Below are positions 63,274 through 64,000 of a stretch of 64,000 nt of DNA, one piece after another. Location: assembly GCA_003483065.1 (NCBI GenBank), contig DMWY01000007.1:76962-140961 (forward strand), in the 5' to 3' direction. Numbering within the stretch: position 1 is the stretch's first letter; the number at the start of each line of letters is the position of its first letter. The notes under the pieces are model-generated. The model saw nothing but the letters and a program-made list of their open reading frames with translations. It searched no databases and was not told the origin of the DNA. Made by a program: the position numbers and the translations under genes. Source of the DNA: Candidatus Moraniibacteriota bacterium. GTDB lineage: Bacteria > Patescibacteriota > Minisyncoccia > Moranbacterales > UBA2206.

Positions 63274-63552
63274 CAGCCCAGGGTTAGAATTTAAAACTAT
63301 ACAGAGTGGTATTACATATTTTGACTCCATCCTAACCAGAGTCAGGACTTCAAAGTCTCCCACCTATACTAGGCAGCACAATCTCAAATTCAATACCAAG
63401 TTGTAGTAAAGCTCCACGGGGTCTTTTCGTCTTGCTGCAGGTCGACGGCATCTTTACCGTCATTGCAATTTCACCGAGCTCTTCGTTAAGACAGTTACCA
63501 AGTCGTTACGCCTTTAATGCGGGACAGAATTTACCTGTCAAGGAATTTCGCT

Positions 63553-63809
63553 GATCCATTCCTCAATGATGTACCATATCTTCATCCATAAAAAATTATG
63601 GAGCACGGCGTGTGGTATCTGAGGGGTCGCCAACAAAGCGACTTCCCTGCTGATTACTCTATTAAAAATAGAGCTTCCCAGCATATAGCCATGTATTTTA
63701 TTAAAACCAATTCTGCATTACTACAGAATGAGGCAGCTTTTCATTATTTACCAAATAATCTTCCATAATCGTTCCAGTCCTTCTGAAATCTTTTTGCAAA
63801 AATTTCAGA
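63553..63809 (-). ncRNA. Atypical group I intron at 23S position 1931, no homing endonuclease
   Basis: Interrupts CUAAGGU^AGCGAAAUUCC; core elements P (UGCUGGGAA), Q (AAUCAGCAGG), R (CUCAGAUACCA), S (AAGAUAUGGUAC). Confidence 0.9.
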
Positions 63810-64000
63810 ACCTTAGAACGATTATAGTTATCGCTGACGTTCACTGGCGCTTCGGGGATTGGCTTGCACCGCTCCCGTTAACGTTCCAGCACTGGTCAGG
63901 CGTCAGCCCCTATACATCCCCTTACGGGTTTGCAGAGACCTGTGTTTTTGGTAAACAGTCGCTTGGTATCTTTCGCTGCGCCCCGATTTGCATCGGGGAG

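Noticed and set aside
63553-63809. Homing endonuclease in the intron, or an alternative splice site at U1926
   Set aside because: Too short for an ORF; splicing at 1926 would not restore AAGGUAGCG

Overview
AT-rich bacterial chromosome segment (genetic code 11). Gene content, palindromic intergenic repeats and rRNA insertions suggest a Patescibacteria/CPR (Parcubacteria-like) genome; this taxonomy is inference. Most genes are minus-strand housekeeping genes: ftsZ, ftsA, ybeY, rpsU, hisS, lepB, pth, rarA, mltG, pcm, trxA/B, uppS, groES/EL with a CIRCE operator, holB, mreB, murA, rplY, rodA, tRNA-Glu, 5S rRNA and the 3' part of 23S rRNA. Highlights: (1) a complete diversity-generating retroelement at ~52.0-54.6 kb, whose TR/VR pair has 17 mismatches, all at TR adenines, and whose avd gene lies antisense between TR and RT; (2) a 257-nt group I-type intron at 23S position 1931 with the guanosine-binding G-C pair of P7 replaced by U-A, no terminal G, and a P1 that pairs with helix 69; (3) a four-copy structured element abutting the translation starts of rpsU, groEL, mreB and murA; (4) a 5S loop-E mimic upstream of rplY; (5) an IS30 element inserted in the tip of an IS481-like element; (6) several palindromic repeat families, some inserted in frame in pth, a glycosyltransferase and the RT; (7) a PurE-PurC fusion and duplicated Cys-rich surface-protein cassettes. 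All alignments and pairings were done by eye.
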